From: Camelus ferus | Taxonomy: Eukaryota | Assembly (NCBI RefSeq): GCF_009834535.1 | Contig: NC_045697.1 | Span: 4,590,001-4,654,000, forward strand | DNA: 64,000 nt | Direction: 5' to 3' | Shown: piece after piece, positions 50,205 to 61,560 of the stretch | Position numbering within the stretch: position 1 is the first letter of the stretch | How the letters are laid out: the number at the start of each line of letters is the position of its first letter | Translations under genes and position numbers: made by a program | The notes under the pieces: generated by a model | The model's database searches: none | Seen by the model: the letters and a program-made list of their open reading frames with translations, nothing else | What the model was told of the DNA's origin: nothing

Positions 50205-50900
50205 GTCTACAGTGTGCACATGGGCAGCCCTAAGGCCAGATTTGGCTCACAAATATGTCTTGTTTAGCTTCTGTTTTTTGGGGTTTTTTAAGTTCTGGTT
50301 AAAATACACTTGGCATAAAATTTACCATCTTAGCCGTTTCTCAATGCCCAGTTCACTGGCATTAAGTACATGCACATTGTTGTGCAACCATCATCACCAT
50401 CCATCTCCAGAGTTCTTTCATCTTCCCAGACTGAAACTCTGTCCCCGTGAAACATTAAGCCCCTGTTCTCCCCTCCCCCAGCCCCAGCAGCCTCCATCCT
50501 ACTTTCTGTCTCTATAAATTTGACTCCTCTAGGGACTTCCTGTAAGTGGAATCATACAGGATTTGTTTTGGGGGACTGGCTTATTTCACTGCGCATCATG
50601 TCCTCCAGTTTCATCCATGTTGTAGTGGGTGTCAGAATTTCCTTCCTTTTTAAGGCAAAGTAATATTCCATTCTTTGGATGGACCACATTTTGTCTACCC
50701 CTCTACCTGTCAATGGGCATTTGGGTTGCTTCCCTCTCTTGGCTGTTGTGAATAATATTATGAACATGGGGGTACAAATACCTACATTGTATTTATTAAT
50801 ATTCAGCTAGCAAATAACATTTAAAGCCAAGAGATTTCTCATAAACATCTGGATTTCTGGCTTCTCTTGGAAAACCAGTGGATCTGGCAACACAAGGTCT
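50205..50900. mobile_element. MER102-like hAT relic split by an L1MB fragment
   Basis: GGCCAGATTTGGCTCACAAATATGTCTTGTTT left part; ATCTGGATTTCTGGCTTCTCTTGGAAAACCAGTGGATCTGGCAACAC right part. Confidence 0.55.
50285..50785 (-). mobile_element. L1MB 3' end
   Basis: CATAAAATTTACCATCTTAGCC...GGCATTAAGTACATGCACATTGTTGTGCAACCATC...ATGAACATGGGGGTACAAATA. Confidence 0.88.
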
Positions 50901-53900
50901 CTAGCTTCATGGTCGCACTCAGAGCTGAAGGAGGACAGCCACTCCCTCCCCCTCCAGCAGGCACACAGCCTGAGCCCCTACTCCCTCCTGGTCCCCTCCT
51001 CGCTCACCACCTCACCCACCTAGTCTGCCCAGCACTTTCCTGTTATGGGTAGAAATACGGATGGGTCTTCCGGGTGGGATGGTAATATGTCTGGTGTCAC
51101 CCAGGAAGGACCTGGACTGGGTTCTGGTTCCACCTCTGCCACCCACCTGATCCAATAGCCTTAACCTTTCTGATCCTGTGATTCTTATTTTGGAGGAAAA
51201 TGAGAGAGATGGTACCTTCTCTGGCAGCCTCATGGAATTGCTGAGACAGAGGGAGGGGACATGAGGTGACTGGAATGTGGAGCTGGGATATGAGGGGCTT
51301 ATTAACAGCACAGGCCAATCAGGCAACTTAGAATTTGGGGGTCAGTTTCTCCATCTGCAAAATGGGGAAAGGGACCATGTCTCCCCCACGGGGTTATTCT
51401 GAGAATTAGCTGACCCAGAGAAGGTAAAGCGTCGAGCGGATGCTTGGCACACAGCAGGTGTTTCCAGTCATGTTACTTTGTAACAGGTGAGGGTGACATT
51501 CAAGGGCTCCAAATCCCCTTGGCTACAGAGCACAACCAAGCAAGAGACGTGATATCCTGGAGGACAGCTGACTACAGAATCCATCAGCCTGATTTCAGAG
51601 CCCTACCTCCGCCTTTCACCTGCTAGGACTCCGGGCAGGCCAGCCACCTCTCTGACTGCAGACCCTCAGCTGTTAGATGGGGCGACGCCCCAGTTCTCAC
51701 CAGCACCAGGGGAGTCAAGAACGTCAGGTGCCTGCCTGCCACATAGTAGGTGCTCAATAGAGTTTAGTTCCCCTCCTTCCTAACCAGACGTCTCCCTCTG
51801 AGGTGAAAAGGATGGCATGTTTTCCAAATAATTCCCCCCAAGAAGGAAAAATGTGGTTTCTAGCCTCCCCTGGAGCGCTTCCGGGTACACGGGTTCTTGG
51901 GGTTGAGGTGTGTCGCTCACTGGGCTCCAACCAGCAAGCATTTACTGAGCCCCACTAGGTGCTGGGCTCTGCCACAGACCTGGGTTACAGGAGAGAATGA
52001 ACAGACCAAATTCCGGCTCTTGGGGACGCGCTTTACGTTAATCAGTCAGTCAGTCAATAATTGTTCATAAAGTGCCTCTTCTGAGCTGGCTTTAGGTAGG
52101 GCCCTGGCTTCACCTTCAGGGCTCAGCTCTGTTGCTGGCTATGTGCTGCCTCCGGATCCGGGCCCTGTCTGCTCCTCCGCCAGCCCCAGGCGGCATGCTT
52201 GTCCTGGGCCCCTACCTTCGCCGACCACTGGATTCCCACCCACTGTGCTGCTTCCGTGACCTCAGTCCTTCCCAGTGTCCCTGCGGGAGGCCTCTGAGCC
52301 CCTCTGGGGCCAGTGAGGCCCTCCTGAGGGGAGCAGTTGGTCCTCCCGTGCATCGGAGAGCTCAGAGACCAGGTGTGGCCCCGGCAGAGCCCTGCCTCCT
52401 TGCCTTAAGGCTTTGGGTGAAACAGGAAGGTGGATGGAAAAGGAAATTTGTCAATCTTACCGTTGTGCATAAATGTATAGGATTCGGCCTTCATCTGCTG
52501 GAGAGCGGAGAGACCACCTGGTGTGGGAGAGGGATTTGCGTTTAAAACTGAAGCACTGGCCTGGAGTCCAGGTCCTGCAGCTTCTTAGCTCCGAGGTCAT
52601 GGGAAAGTCATTTCTCCTCAGTTTGCTCACCTGACCAATGGGGCAGTAAAACACCTGCCTTAGCACCTGCTGGGAGGGCAGTACATACATTGGGTGCAGA
52701 AGAACTTTGCAGACCAGTGTGATGCATACACTTTCACGTCCTTCATTCACGTCCTTCATACAATGCATATCTGCTGTGTACCTACTGTGTGCTGTTATGA
52801 ACAAGGCGGTCTGTCTGATGACAAGGTCTCCAGGCTCAGGAAGAGAACTGCTTGTCAGATGGTGGTACTGTGCCTTCGTAGATTGTGATTAGCAACAGCC
52901 AGCAAGTTGGCATGGCAACGTTTCCCTGTGAACTCCTAGGCAGTGTTCTTAAAATAGGTTCACCAGAGGTGCGGCAGCCACTGAGGCACGCGGAGGCCGC
53001 GCAGTCCAACAGCGCTGCAGATGGCGTGGGTGGCCGCGCTGTCGTGTGCGCGGAGTGGTCATTGCCACGGGCCTTCCCAGGCAGGCCGATGGCGCAGTAA
53101 GTATGGCGACAGAGCCGGAAGCATCCGTTGTGAGGGCTGGAGACCTTGTTTAGTGTAAACAGCCCTGCCATCCCCCATTTTACAGGAGGGGAAACAAAAG
53201 CCCAGAGAGGTTAAGTGACGTGTGTGGTCACACAGCTTCTTGACTGTCGACGGAGCTGAGTCGGGTTCTAATGTCTTAAGCAAAGCGCTCCCACTGTGCC
53301 TCCCATGCGTGTTCTTCTGATTTGGAATTCTAGATCTGGGTCTGATGCAATTCATTTTCTAATGATTACCATCCATATGGCATCACTCAGCAACGTTTAT
53401 TAGATCAAAGGCTTTCCCCACATTTCTGCCTGGGGCAGCCCTGAGTCCCGGGCTATCATGAGAACTCACCTACTTCTTGGCTAGCCTGAGATGATTACGG
53501 TTTAATCCATCCCTCCACATCCCTACCCTAGTTTCCCAGGGTGAAAATGAAGCAGCAAAGCTGATCAAAAGTTTATGAATTACTTTGTGATGAGATTACT
53601 GTATGAGCTTAGTCACTCGTCACTGCGGAGAACAGGGAGCCCAAGTCCTTTAAAAGATGTATTCCTTTCTTTCCATTTGTGTTACTCAGCAATTTATGGA
53701 GTAGACTTCATAAACTTGAGGGGGACGATTTTTACCTTCAGGCTGGTGAGCTTCTTTTAAGAGATTCACAGCTCTTGTCTAATTCCAGGGTGAAATTCCA
53801 AGTATGGAATGAGAAGTTTCTTGAGAACTCAGTCAACTTCTGAGAACAGGGTACTAGACATTTCAGACATATTTTAGATATTCAGCCTCTTTTTCTGCAT

Positions 53901-56551
53901 TGACAGTGCCTTGCAGTGAGAAGGGATCTGGGTTGGGAGTCAGGGGGTGGGTGTAGCAGGAGCCCTGCCACACTGTCTCTCTAAGGATGCACCTGTGTGG
54001 TACAAAGGTTGCACTCCATGGTGATGATTCTTCTCCCTCTTTGCATGTTGGACTCACCTGGAGAGCAATTAGAAATCCAATGCGCAGCAATCTCTCCAGG
54101 CCACTTAGGTCAGATTGTCTTGGGTGGGTCCCAAGCAGGGGTCTTTAAAGAGCCCCCCACTGATTCTTTAATGGGCAGCCAGGGAGAGAACCGCCAGACT
54201 GGAGCCTCACAGAACTTTCGGTTCTCCCACCCCCTGGGTTAATGAAAGTCCCAGATGCCACCGTGGGTTTCTTTTTTTCATGTCAGACTCACATTTATTT
54301 TTGCTCCTTGCTGGGAAAGAGCAGTGTCCTCAGAACTGACAGGAGGAAACTTCCTATCTCTGGAATATTTTTGACCCTGAGATGGCTTTGTAACTTGACC
54401 TTTAGAGGCCAAGCTGATGAAACTATGAAAACGAAAAAGCATAGCGTGCTGCAGCGTTCAGCTGTGCCAAAGCAGAACCGGATGCCAAGCCCTTGGTGGC
54501 CAATCACAGAACGGTGACATGAAGGTTCAGATTATACAACTGAGTGACACAGTAGGCACACGAAACCAATTTCTTGGGAACAGTGGCTTACATCTTGAAA
54601 TCTTCCAGAAATAGATATTCTAAGTCCACTATGATATATAAAGCCACCAGTTGTGTAAGCAAATAGAATCAGATTTCTATTCGGCACTTGCACCAATGGC
54701 CAACTGTGTTCCTATCTGGCTTTGAAATAAATTCTTTGGAAATTTTTTGGTACCTTAAGGAGGCGGAGAAGAAGAAACCTCTGGGGTTTGCTCATGTATT
54801 TAATCCTCTTTCTTCTTATATGAGAATGTCTAGAAAAGAGAGAGTGTGTGCCTTGGACCTAAAACTGCTTTTAAACAGTCAATAGGCTTAGGATGGAAGG
54901 ATTGGGTTTTCTTTATCCCATATGATTTTCCCTAAATCCGACTCTGGTTTCAGCAAGCACAGCTCCCATCCAAATCTGACGTCTGCAGCCTTGGTGCAAA
55001 TGTTTTACACAGAGTCACGGGAAGACTGATGGCAGAATTGCTACCATCAAAATCACGTTTGCTTCAATAACATTTTTTTGTCTTTGAAAAACATCATCAG
55101 GCTATGCCCAAAGGTGGGCTGATGAAACCTTTATATGGTGGTAGAATAGGGGAAGAGAAAGACACATGGGTAGGGTTGTTTAAAAGGGGGGGAATCTTTG
55201 GTATCAACTCTGTATCAATATTTTCTTTTTAAAGTAATATAATACAATGTTTGCAAATATGACACTGAAAGTGATGGGGACAATAAATATCTATGCTGTG
55301 ATGTTATAACTATTAACTATTAGACTTTGCATTGGGACAAGGGCAAGTTCTGCCTCTCATAGAGACTGGAGAATCGGTTATGGGCCAGATACATGGGGTT
55401 CCAGCCAGGACTTTGCGACCAACTGATTGTGCAAACTTGGACAGTATACTTACCTCTCTGTCTCAAAGTCCCCCGCAGAAACGTCAGGGAAGGTGTGAGC
55501 CTTAATGAGACAGCACGTGGTGTCTAAAGCACTCAGCACGTGTTAGTGCTCTGTGGATGTTGAGAACCTCCTCTCAACATTTGGAAAATGATGCAGACGC
55601 ACTTCAGTGCAACAGTGGGGCATGCACCACCCATCTGAGTTGGGCGACTAAGACGATCTCCCAACGTTCAGGTTTGTACAACCAACTTTTGCTGGTGAGG
55701 CAGGACAGGGACTTGGGTGTCACTGGCAAAGGCAATGAGCAAGACTTGAGCGTTCATTTTGGCAGAACCTCCCTGATCTCCTCACTCTTCCAGGTGGAAT
55801 CCTGGGCAGCTATCACATGAGAGCTGTGAAGCACAGACATCAATTTGGAAATTGTGTGCTTTTGCACTAGATCCCACATGCACAATAACGTTACCCCTTG
55901 CAACTGCATGAATCTCAAAGGACTCCTATATTATATGTCTCTATGAATAAACACAGGGTCAGAATTTTGGCAATCCATGCTCTGCCCCTCCCTTCAGTTA
56001 CAAGCGTTGGTTCCCATGGGAATGGTCTGGCAACAAAGGCAGACCTCCCTTCCTTTCGGATGTTCTTCAGTGGGACGCTCTCTTGGGTTCTGAAGCAGCG
56101 GCTGTCCCCAGACTCCTGCCTGCAGCAAAATGAACAGAGTGCTCAGTTCTCAGTCCTCGGAGACGCCCGCCAGATTCTTGACCCGTTGTGAATCTGAATC
56201 AGGCTCCACAGTCCCTTCTGGGTTTTCGAGATTTGTAATGATTGTTCAATCTTGTGTAAAATAGGCTGGCATTTTCTCTTGTTATCAAGATGTATTTTTC
56301 TATGTTAGTTAAATGTATAATTTGTGTAATTTTGTACATTAAAATGTATCCTTTTTCACAATTAAAGTTTTTTTCCCTTTTGAATGTTTAATTTATTGAC
56401 GGTTCATTACAAGGTGCTGTCGACACTGGCCCAATACAAAAAGGCAATGACTTCAAGCCTCTTTGATCATTTGGAATAAATGATCTTCTCAGAAGTCAGA
56501 TCTACTTTGCACAAGTAACAAACTGATTTCCTGTACGATCCATTATATGCC

Positions 56552-57071
56552 TGTATTAGTTTACTATTTTTGCTGTAATAAGTTGCCATCAACCTAGGGG
56601 CTTACAAGAACACATACTTATTATCTTATGGTTCTGGAGATCAGAAGTCTGAAACAGGTCTCACTGGGCTAAAGTCAAGGTATTGGCAGGACCGCGTTCC
56701 TTCTGGGGGCCCTAGGGGAGAACTGGCGTCCTGACCTTTTCCAGCTTCTGGAAGCTGCCTGCATTCTTTGGCTCAGGCTCTCTTCCTCCATCTTCAGAGC
56801 CTGCAGCATCGCATCTTCAAATCTCTCTCTGCTTCTGTTGTCACATCACCTCCGCTGACCCTGACCCTCCTTCTTTCCTTCCTCTTCCACTTCTAAGGAC
56901 CCTGTGATTACATCAGGCCAACCTGAATAATCCAGCATAATCTCCCATCTCAAGACCCTGAGCTTTATGACATCTGCACGTTACCTTTTGCCTTGTAAGG
57001 TCACATACACACAGGCTCCGGGGATTAGGAGCTGGACAGCTTTGGGAAGGGGGCATTATTATGTTACCACA
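56552..57071 (-). mobile_element. MLT1C/D-like MaLR LTR
   Basis: TGTATTAGTTT...TTCTGGAGATCAGAAGTCTGAAACAGGTCTCACTGGGCTAAAGTCAAGGT...TACCACA. Confidence 0.85.
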
Positions 57072-58209
57072 GTCCCCCGTGAACTGATCTGGAGGCAGCA
57101 GAAAAACAGTAAACATTTTAGAATCAAACAGGCTTGAAATTGAACTGTACGTCTGCCGCTTGCTGACCACATAACTTTAGGGAGCTTGCTTTCCTTCTCT
57201 GAACTTCTTTTCTCATATCCAAAATGAGAGCCAATAATCTATTGCTCCCCTCACAGATTTGCTAAAAGGATCACACACCTAACAATAAACTACAGCTCCT
57301 TTTCCCTCAGTTTTGGAAAACATTCTTTTTACAACTGACTTTTTAATCTATTTTTTTATTTGCCAAAAAAAGGTCCTGATGGAGAACGAGCATCAGAGCC
57401 GAGTGGCGTCTCCCGTCCTCTCCCTGCAGCCCTCTGACGCGGCCCCTCTGTCCTCTGCCATCGCCCCAGAAGGCTTCCTGGCCTGGCAGGATGAGCTGCA
57501 GGCTTGTCTTTCACTGGATGTCGCGGCTTGATTGACCACTCTTCCCCTGGAGGGCTGAGAGCAGTCAGGGGACAGGACGGGGAGGGTCACAGCAGTCCTC
57601 TGCCCTGACAGCACTTTGCCCAGGTTTCCAGGGTTTTCTTCTGTTGAACTCCGCCACACACCGCTCCCCCGCACCTCCCTGCAGGCTGGCGGCTGCATTT
57701 CCTAACTTACACCCCAGCTTGGTTTCCTGCCCCGCTTCCTCTGTCACACTGGGGTTACTGGCCTTGAGACTGAGGAGATGTTGTAGAAAGGACTCAGACA
57801 AGCCTGAGGCTGAGCCCCAGCGTGGTCAGCTACCTTGAGCAGTGGGTTTGAGGTTTGTCACTCAGCCTGCCAGCCTGAAAATGGAGGTGGCATCGTCTGT
57901 CATGTGGGAGTCCCGAAAGCAGAACTGATGTGTGGAAATGAACCCTGTATTCAGAGACCTTTGCATATGGTAGGCACTCAGTCAAAGTCAGATCTGCCTC
58001 CTTTCAACGGGAGGAGAGATGCGGGAGAAAACAAGGGGTGTGGATGGCCGAGATGTGTGTGGGATGAATGTGGAATTATCAGTTGCCCAAGATGGCATGG
58101 AGGACAGGATTCTAACTCAAAAATCTAGACTCTTCTAACTCTGCCACGTCCATTCCTTTGTCTCCCCTTTCCCCGTGGGAGCTCTTCAGTCAGACATCCT
58201 AGGGAGGGT

Positions 58210-58460
58210 AAGGGATACTGGTTAAGATGCAGACTCTGGGACCAGACCACTGCATTTAAATCCTAAGTGGCATCATTTACCAGTTGTGATCCTGGGAAAG
58301 TCATTTATCTCTCTGAGCTTCAGTTTTCTCATCTGTAAACTGAGGCTAAAACAGTACCTATCACAAAGGTCACTGTGAGGCTTAAAAGAGTAACCATATG
58401 TAAGTACCTACAATGGTCCTTGACACGTAGCAAACTCTATAAGTGGGAATTATTATCCTC
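58210..58460 (+). mobile_element. Near full-length MIR SINE
   Basis: GGTTAAGATGCAGACTCTGGGACCAGAC...CTCTGAGCTTCAGTTTTCTCATCTGTAAA...TGACACGTAGCAAACTCTATAAGTG. Confidence 0.8.
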
Positions 58461-60422
58461 CTTTCCTGCTTCTCCATAAAGACAACTTGTTCCCTCTTCC
58501 TTCCTGGGTCACCCTCTCCTAGTCTTGACAACTGCCTTGCCCGTTCTTACAATGAAGAGGGTTTTCTTGCAAAGTTACTGAGGTTGCCATCACCAGCGGT
58601 ACTTAAACAAAGCCTGAGAGACAGTATCCTCAGGACGTGAGAGCCAATTCAGGCATATAGCACTAAGATTGAACTCAAAGTTTCATCTAACTCAGATTCT
58701 TGGATTCTCTGATATTTCTGTGGGTTTAGTCACCATGAGTATTTTGGGAGCTTTAGAAGAAGTTTCTATGTGGTCTTCAATATGAAATTTCCTTCTCTGG
58801 AATGTTCTAGGAACAGAATTTCACAGGACAGATACAAGTTTTCATTGAAAACACACTTGCACAGCAACCCAGAGTCTTGCAGGCCCCAAGAGGACTATCT
58901 GTCATGGAAATCTGTGCAGGTGCCCAGGGGCAGAGAAGGGAGGGGAACAGGATAGGGTGGGTAGAAGAGAGTGGATGGAGGCGGGGGTGATGGTGGTAAA
59001 TAGTCTCTGTTCTTATTTATGGTTAGCGCTCCCCTACTCTAATATATGCTTCTTGAAGGCAGGGACTTTATAAATACTCATCTCTGTATTCCCAGTATTA
59101 CTTTCTCAAGCACAGAAAAGGACCTGCTATGTGCCCACTGAATTCCAGACCTGGCTGAGCACAGTGAGATCTGAAGTACTAGGCAACTGCTTCATTCTCC
59201 TCTCCTGTTTCCTCATCTGTCCAGTAGAGAAGTAACAACACCCACTTACTGCACAGACCAGCTTGTTGAAAGGTGGTAAGTGTGGGAAGGTGACAGTGAA
59301 GCCATGGAGCCAATACCCCAAGTCCTCAATGTATGGGTCTCAGCACAGAAAGAATGAGAGTGTGAATCTGGAAATCTGTCTGTCTGGGACTCCAAGAACC
59401 AATGGGACCAGGTGCTGAAGGGACAGTTCCCAGCACTCGGAGGGGTGGGGGTGTGGCACAAGGCACTGAAGCTCCCAGCTGGGTCCTCCACCCAGCCTGA
59501 TGCTATGTGTCTGGACTTGCCCGTGGAGGGGGCTGGCAGCTGGCGACTCTGCTCGTCCAGAAAGAGCAGCTGGGACCACAGTGTCCCTGGAGACTCTTAG
59601 GACCCTCTGCCTGATAATAATCGGGGAGAAATGAGGAGGGGTGTTTAGCAAAGGCACACGGCACCTGGCTTTGAAGACGGGTAGAGCGATCCCCAGGCCC
59701 CACGCCCTCCCCCTGGCCCTGGTCAGAGGAAGCCTGGGGCCCCAAGGCCGCAAGCTCCTAGCTCAGCAAGAATAGGTTGCATCAGGGGTCATGGGAGGTG
59801 GCCCTGGACTGGGGAATATTTGTCTGTCTGGGTGACTGACAAGAGCCGGTGCATGTGTGTGAAATGATCAGTTCCTTTGTGTGTCTTTTTCTGGAGCGTT
59901 TCTATTTCAGCTCCTGACCTCCCTTATTTCTGGTACGGATTTGTGTGTGGGCGTCCTGGCGGGGTTTACATGTGTGGAGTCATCTTGTGAGTTTGCCTTT
60001 GGTATGAGGGCGAGAAAATCTCTTTGTTGTGTGGGTGGTGCAGGAGTGAGCCCGGTGTACACGTGTGAGTCATTGGTTCATGTGCAAGAGTGTATTTCTC
60101 TTGTCTGTCAGCGTGAATGTGGTCCCGGCACATCCCTCTTGCCTGACTGTTCATCCTGCCAGGCGCGTAGCCCTGTCTGGTACATGATGTGTGTGTTTGT
60201 CTCCTTCTCCTTAGAACGTCAGCTCCCGGAGGGCAGGACTTGGTCTATTTCGTTCACGGCGCTGCCCCCAGCACCAACAACGTGGTAGGCACCGGTGGGC
60301 TCTCAATATAATAGTGCTGAGTGAATGAATGCGGTGACCGATGTGTGAATGCTTCTCTGGTTGTGCAATCAATCTCCGTGTGATGCGGTGCATACGCCGG
60401 CTTCGCTGACTGAGAATTTCTG

Positions 60423-60424
<2 letters not shown>

Positions 60425-60470
<46 letters not shown>
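60425..60470. repeat. (GT)n microsatellite about 600 bp upstream of the CRMP1-long ATG
   Basis: Directly visible. Confidence 0.97.
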
Positions 60471-60473
<3 letters not shown>

Positions 60474-60669
60474 TGACTCGGAATATGTACAAGTATGTAT
60501 ATGTGTGCAAAATTGTCTATGATGTGCGTGAACGAGCCTGCGTGTATCTGGGGAGCGTGTGTGTAATCGATTCCCGCATATGCCAGCCCGTTAGTGCATC
60601 TCGCACGTGCCCGTATGGCGTAATTGTCTGCTGTGCTAGTACCAACCTGTGTGTGCCTTGGGAGTGTGT

Positions 60670-61560
60670 GAGTGCGTGCTCGCCGTTCGCACCCCCGGCT
60701 CCCCTCGAGCCCTCAGCTCGGCCTGGGGGCAGAGAGTGGGGGTGCGGCGAGGGCACTGCGGTTCGGCTGCCCGCCCTCGGCGCTGCGGCGAGGGCACGTC
60801 ATCGTCTCTCCCTGCCCTCGCCGCGGTCCCCGCCTCCCGATCCTTTGTAGCGGGCGGCTGCGCTCATCCACAGCCGCCCGGAGGCCCCGCCCCAGCCCCT
60901 CCTCGGCCCCGCCCCACAGCGCGCCCCGCCTCTCCCCTACCCTCCCCGGGCCGCAGTCGCTCCTGGGCAGCCGCGGGCCCGCACCGAGCGCGGAGCGCGG
61001 CGCACGGCGGTGGCTAGGGCCGTGGGCAGGCGGGCGCGCGGGTGGGCGGCCGGTTTTGGACCGGTATGGCGGACCGCCGGCGCGGGTGGAACACGGAGGA
61101 CGACCTGCCCGTGTATCTGGCGCGACCGGGCAGCGCGGCGCAGACCCCGCGCCAGAAGTACGGCGGCATGTTCGCCGCGGTGGAGGGCGCCTACGAGAAT
61201 AAGACCATCGACTTCGACGCGTACAGCGTGGGCCGCCGCGGCTCGGCGCGCACGCCGCGCAGTGCTGGCCGGCTCGACTCTGTCGGCCTGCCGGGGCCCG
61301 GCGGTAGCGAGGACACGGCCAGCGACGTGAGCGAGCCCTCGGGCTCGGCCGTCAGCTCGCCAGGCGAGCGCGACGAGCGACCCCCTGCGCTGCGCATCCG
61401 CTGCCCCGCGCCCCGCGACCTGCCACTCGGCCGGGACAATGGCCAGGTACCCTCGGGGCGCGCGTGGGCCGGACGGAAGGGGCGGGGCCCTCGGGCGCCT
61501 GGGCGTGGGGCCGCCTGAGGGCAGTGCCCGGGCCGGAGTGCTGTGGTGACTGCCACCAGG
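60670..61560 (+). promoter_or_regulatory. CRMP1: CpG-island promoter and 5' region of CRMP1 long isoform
   Basis: Very high GC and CpG density over exon 1; two GC boxes GGCCCCGCCCC at 60883-60893 and 60905-60915; no obvious TATA box. Confidence 0.88.
61066..61446 (+). CDS. CRMP1: First coding exon of the long isoform of collapsin response mediator protein 1 (LCRMP-1/CRMP1A); 127 codons, gene continues beyond window
   Basis: ATG in good Kozak context (GGTATGG). Translation MADRRRGWNTEDDLPVYLARPGSAAQTPRQKYGGMFAAVEGAYENKTIDFDAYSVGRRGS...LPLGRDNGQ matches the recognised CRMP1 long-isoform N-terminus, with the ENKTIDFD motif of long CRMP isoforms. Ends at CAG|GT (phase 0), where the shared SDRLLIKGG exon normally joins. 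Confidence 0.96.

Noticed and set aside
1..60000. Coding exons of the upstream neighbour (C4orf50 in human, from memory of synteny)
   Set aside because: No exon recognised; small or non-coding exons cannot be excluded without alignment.
61447..61518. C-terminal VPSGRAWAG... part of the 158-aa ORF as normal coding sequence
   Set aside because: Lies after the splice donor where CRMP1 similarity ends; intronic read-through.
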